DNA of 64,000 nucleotides from Candidatus Hydrogenedens sp. (lineage in GTDB: Bacteria; Hydrogenedentota; Hydrogenedentia; Hydrogenedentales; JAEUWI01), in NCBI GenBank assembly GCA_016125095.1, contig WGMK01000010.1, forward strand, positions 331,336 through 395,335, in the 5' to 3' direction. Under the pieces are notes generated by a model, which saw only the letters and a list, made by a program, of their open reading frames with translations, was not told the DNA's origin and made no database searches. Below are positions 63,868 to 64,000 of this stretch, piece by piece. Made by a program: the position numbers and the translations under genes. The first letter of the stretch is position 1. Each line of letters begins with the position of its first letter.

Positions 63868-64000
<133 letters not shown>

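Overview
This is a 64 kb, high-GC (~65%) bacterial chromosomal window with dense, mostly operonic coding and heavy use of GTG/TTG starts. The gene content suggests a PVC-superphylum (Planctomycetes/Verrucomicrobia-like) organism: signal-peptide Gfo/Idh/MocA oxidoreductases, a DUF1080 3-keto-glycoside hydrolase-like protein, and a PVC-type 'membrane-bound dehydrogenase + HEAT + CxxCH' protein. I could call about 45 protein genes, one tRNA-Leu(CAA), and a few promoter/terminator elements, with no rRNA, no CRISPR array, and no integrase or transposase.

Housekeeping blocks:
- a radA-disA-pyrD-pyrF-pyrE operon;
- a lysA-like decarboxylase gene;
- lutABC;
- a SulP transporter gene;
- rsmD;
- an F-type ATP synthase operon (atpI-like, atpB, two atpE genes, atpF', atpF, atpH, and the start of atpA).

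Accessory content:
- a type III PKS / FAD-oxidoreductase / methyltransferase cluster;
- a czcCBA-like HME-RND efflux operon with a His-rich membrane fusion protein;
- a four-gene gamma-glutamylation-type amine catabolism cluster (GS-like synthetase, class I GATase, Fe-ADH, ALDH);
- three consecutive PAS sensor kinases;
- giant secreted multidomain proteins.

The most unusual feature is in the ATP synthase operon. The first c-subunit gene encodes a covalently fused four-hairpin (eight-helix) proteolipid in which only one hairpin keeps the canonical ion-binding Glu. It is followed by a normal monomeric c subunit with a two-carboxylate Na+-type motif.

Other notable items:
- a hybrid sensor kinase interrupted by a single in-frame TGA at a conserved PAS Trp position;
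- a ~1 kb apparently non-coding locus holding a candidate ~190 nt structured RNA, a small ORF and an intrinsic terminator;
- a C-terminal dockerin-like tandem domain shared by two distant secreted proteins;
- a shared PEP-CTERM-like variant sorting signal on two other proteins.
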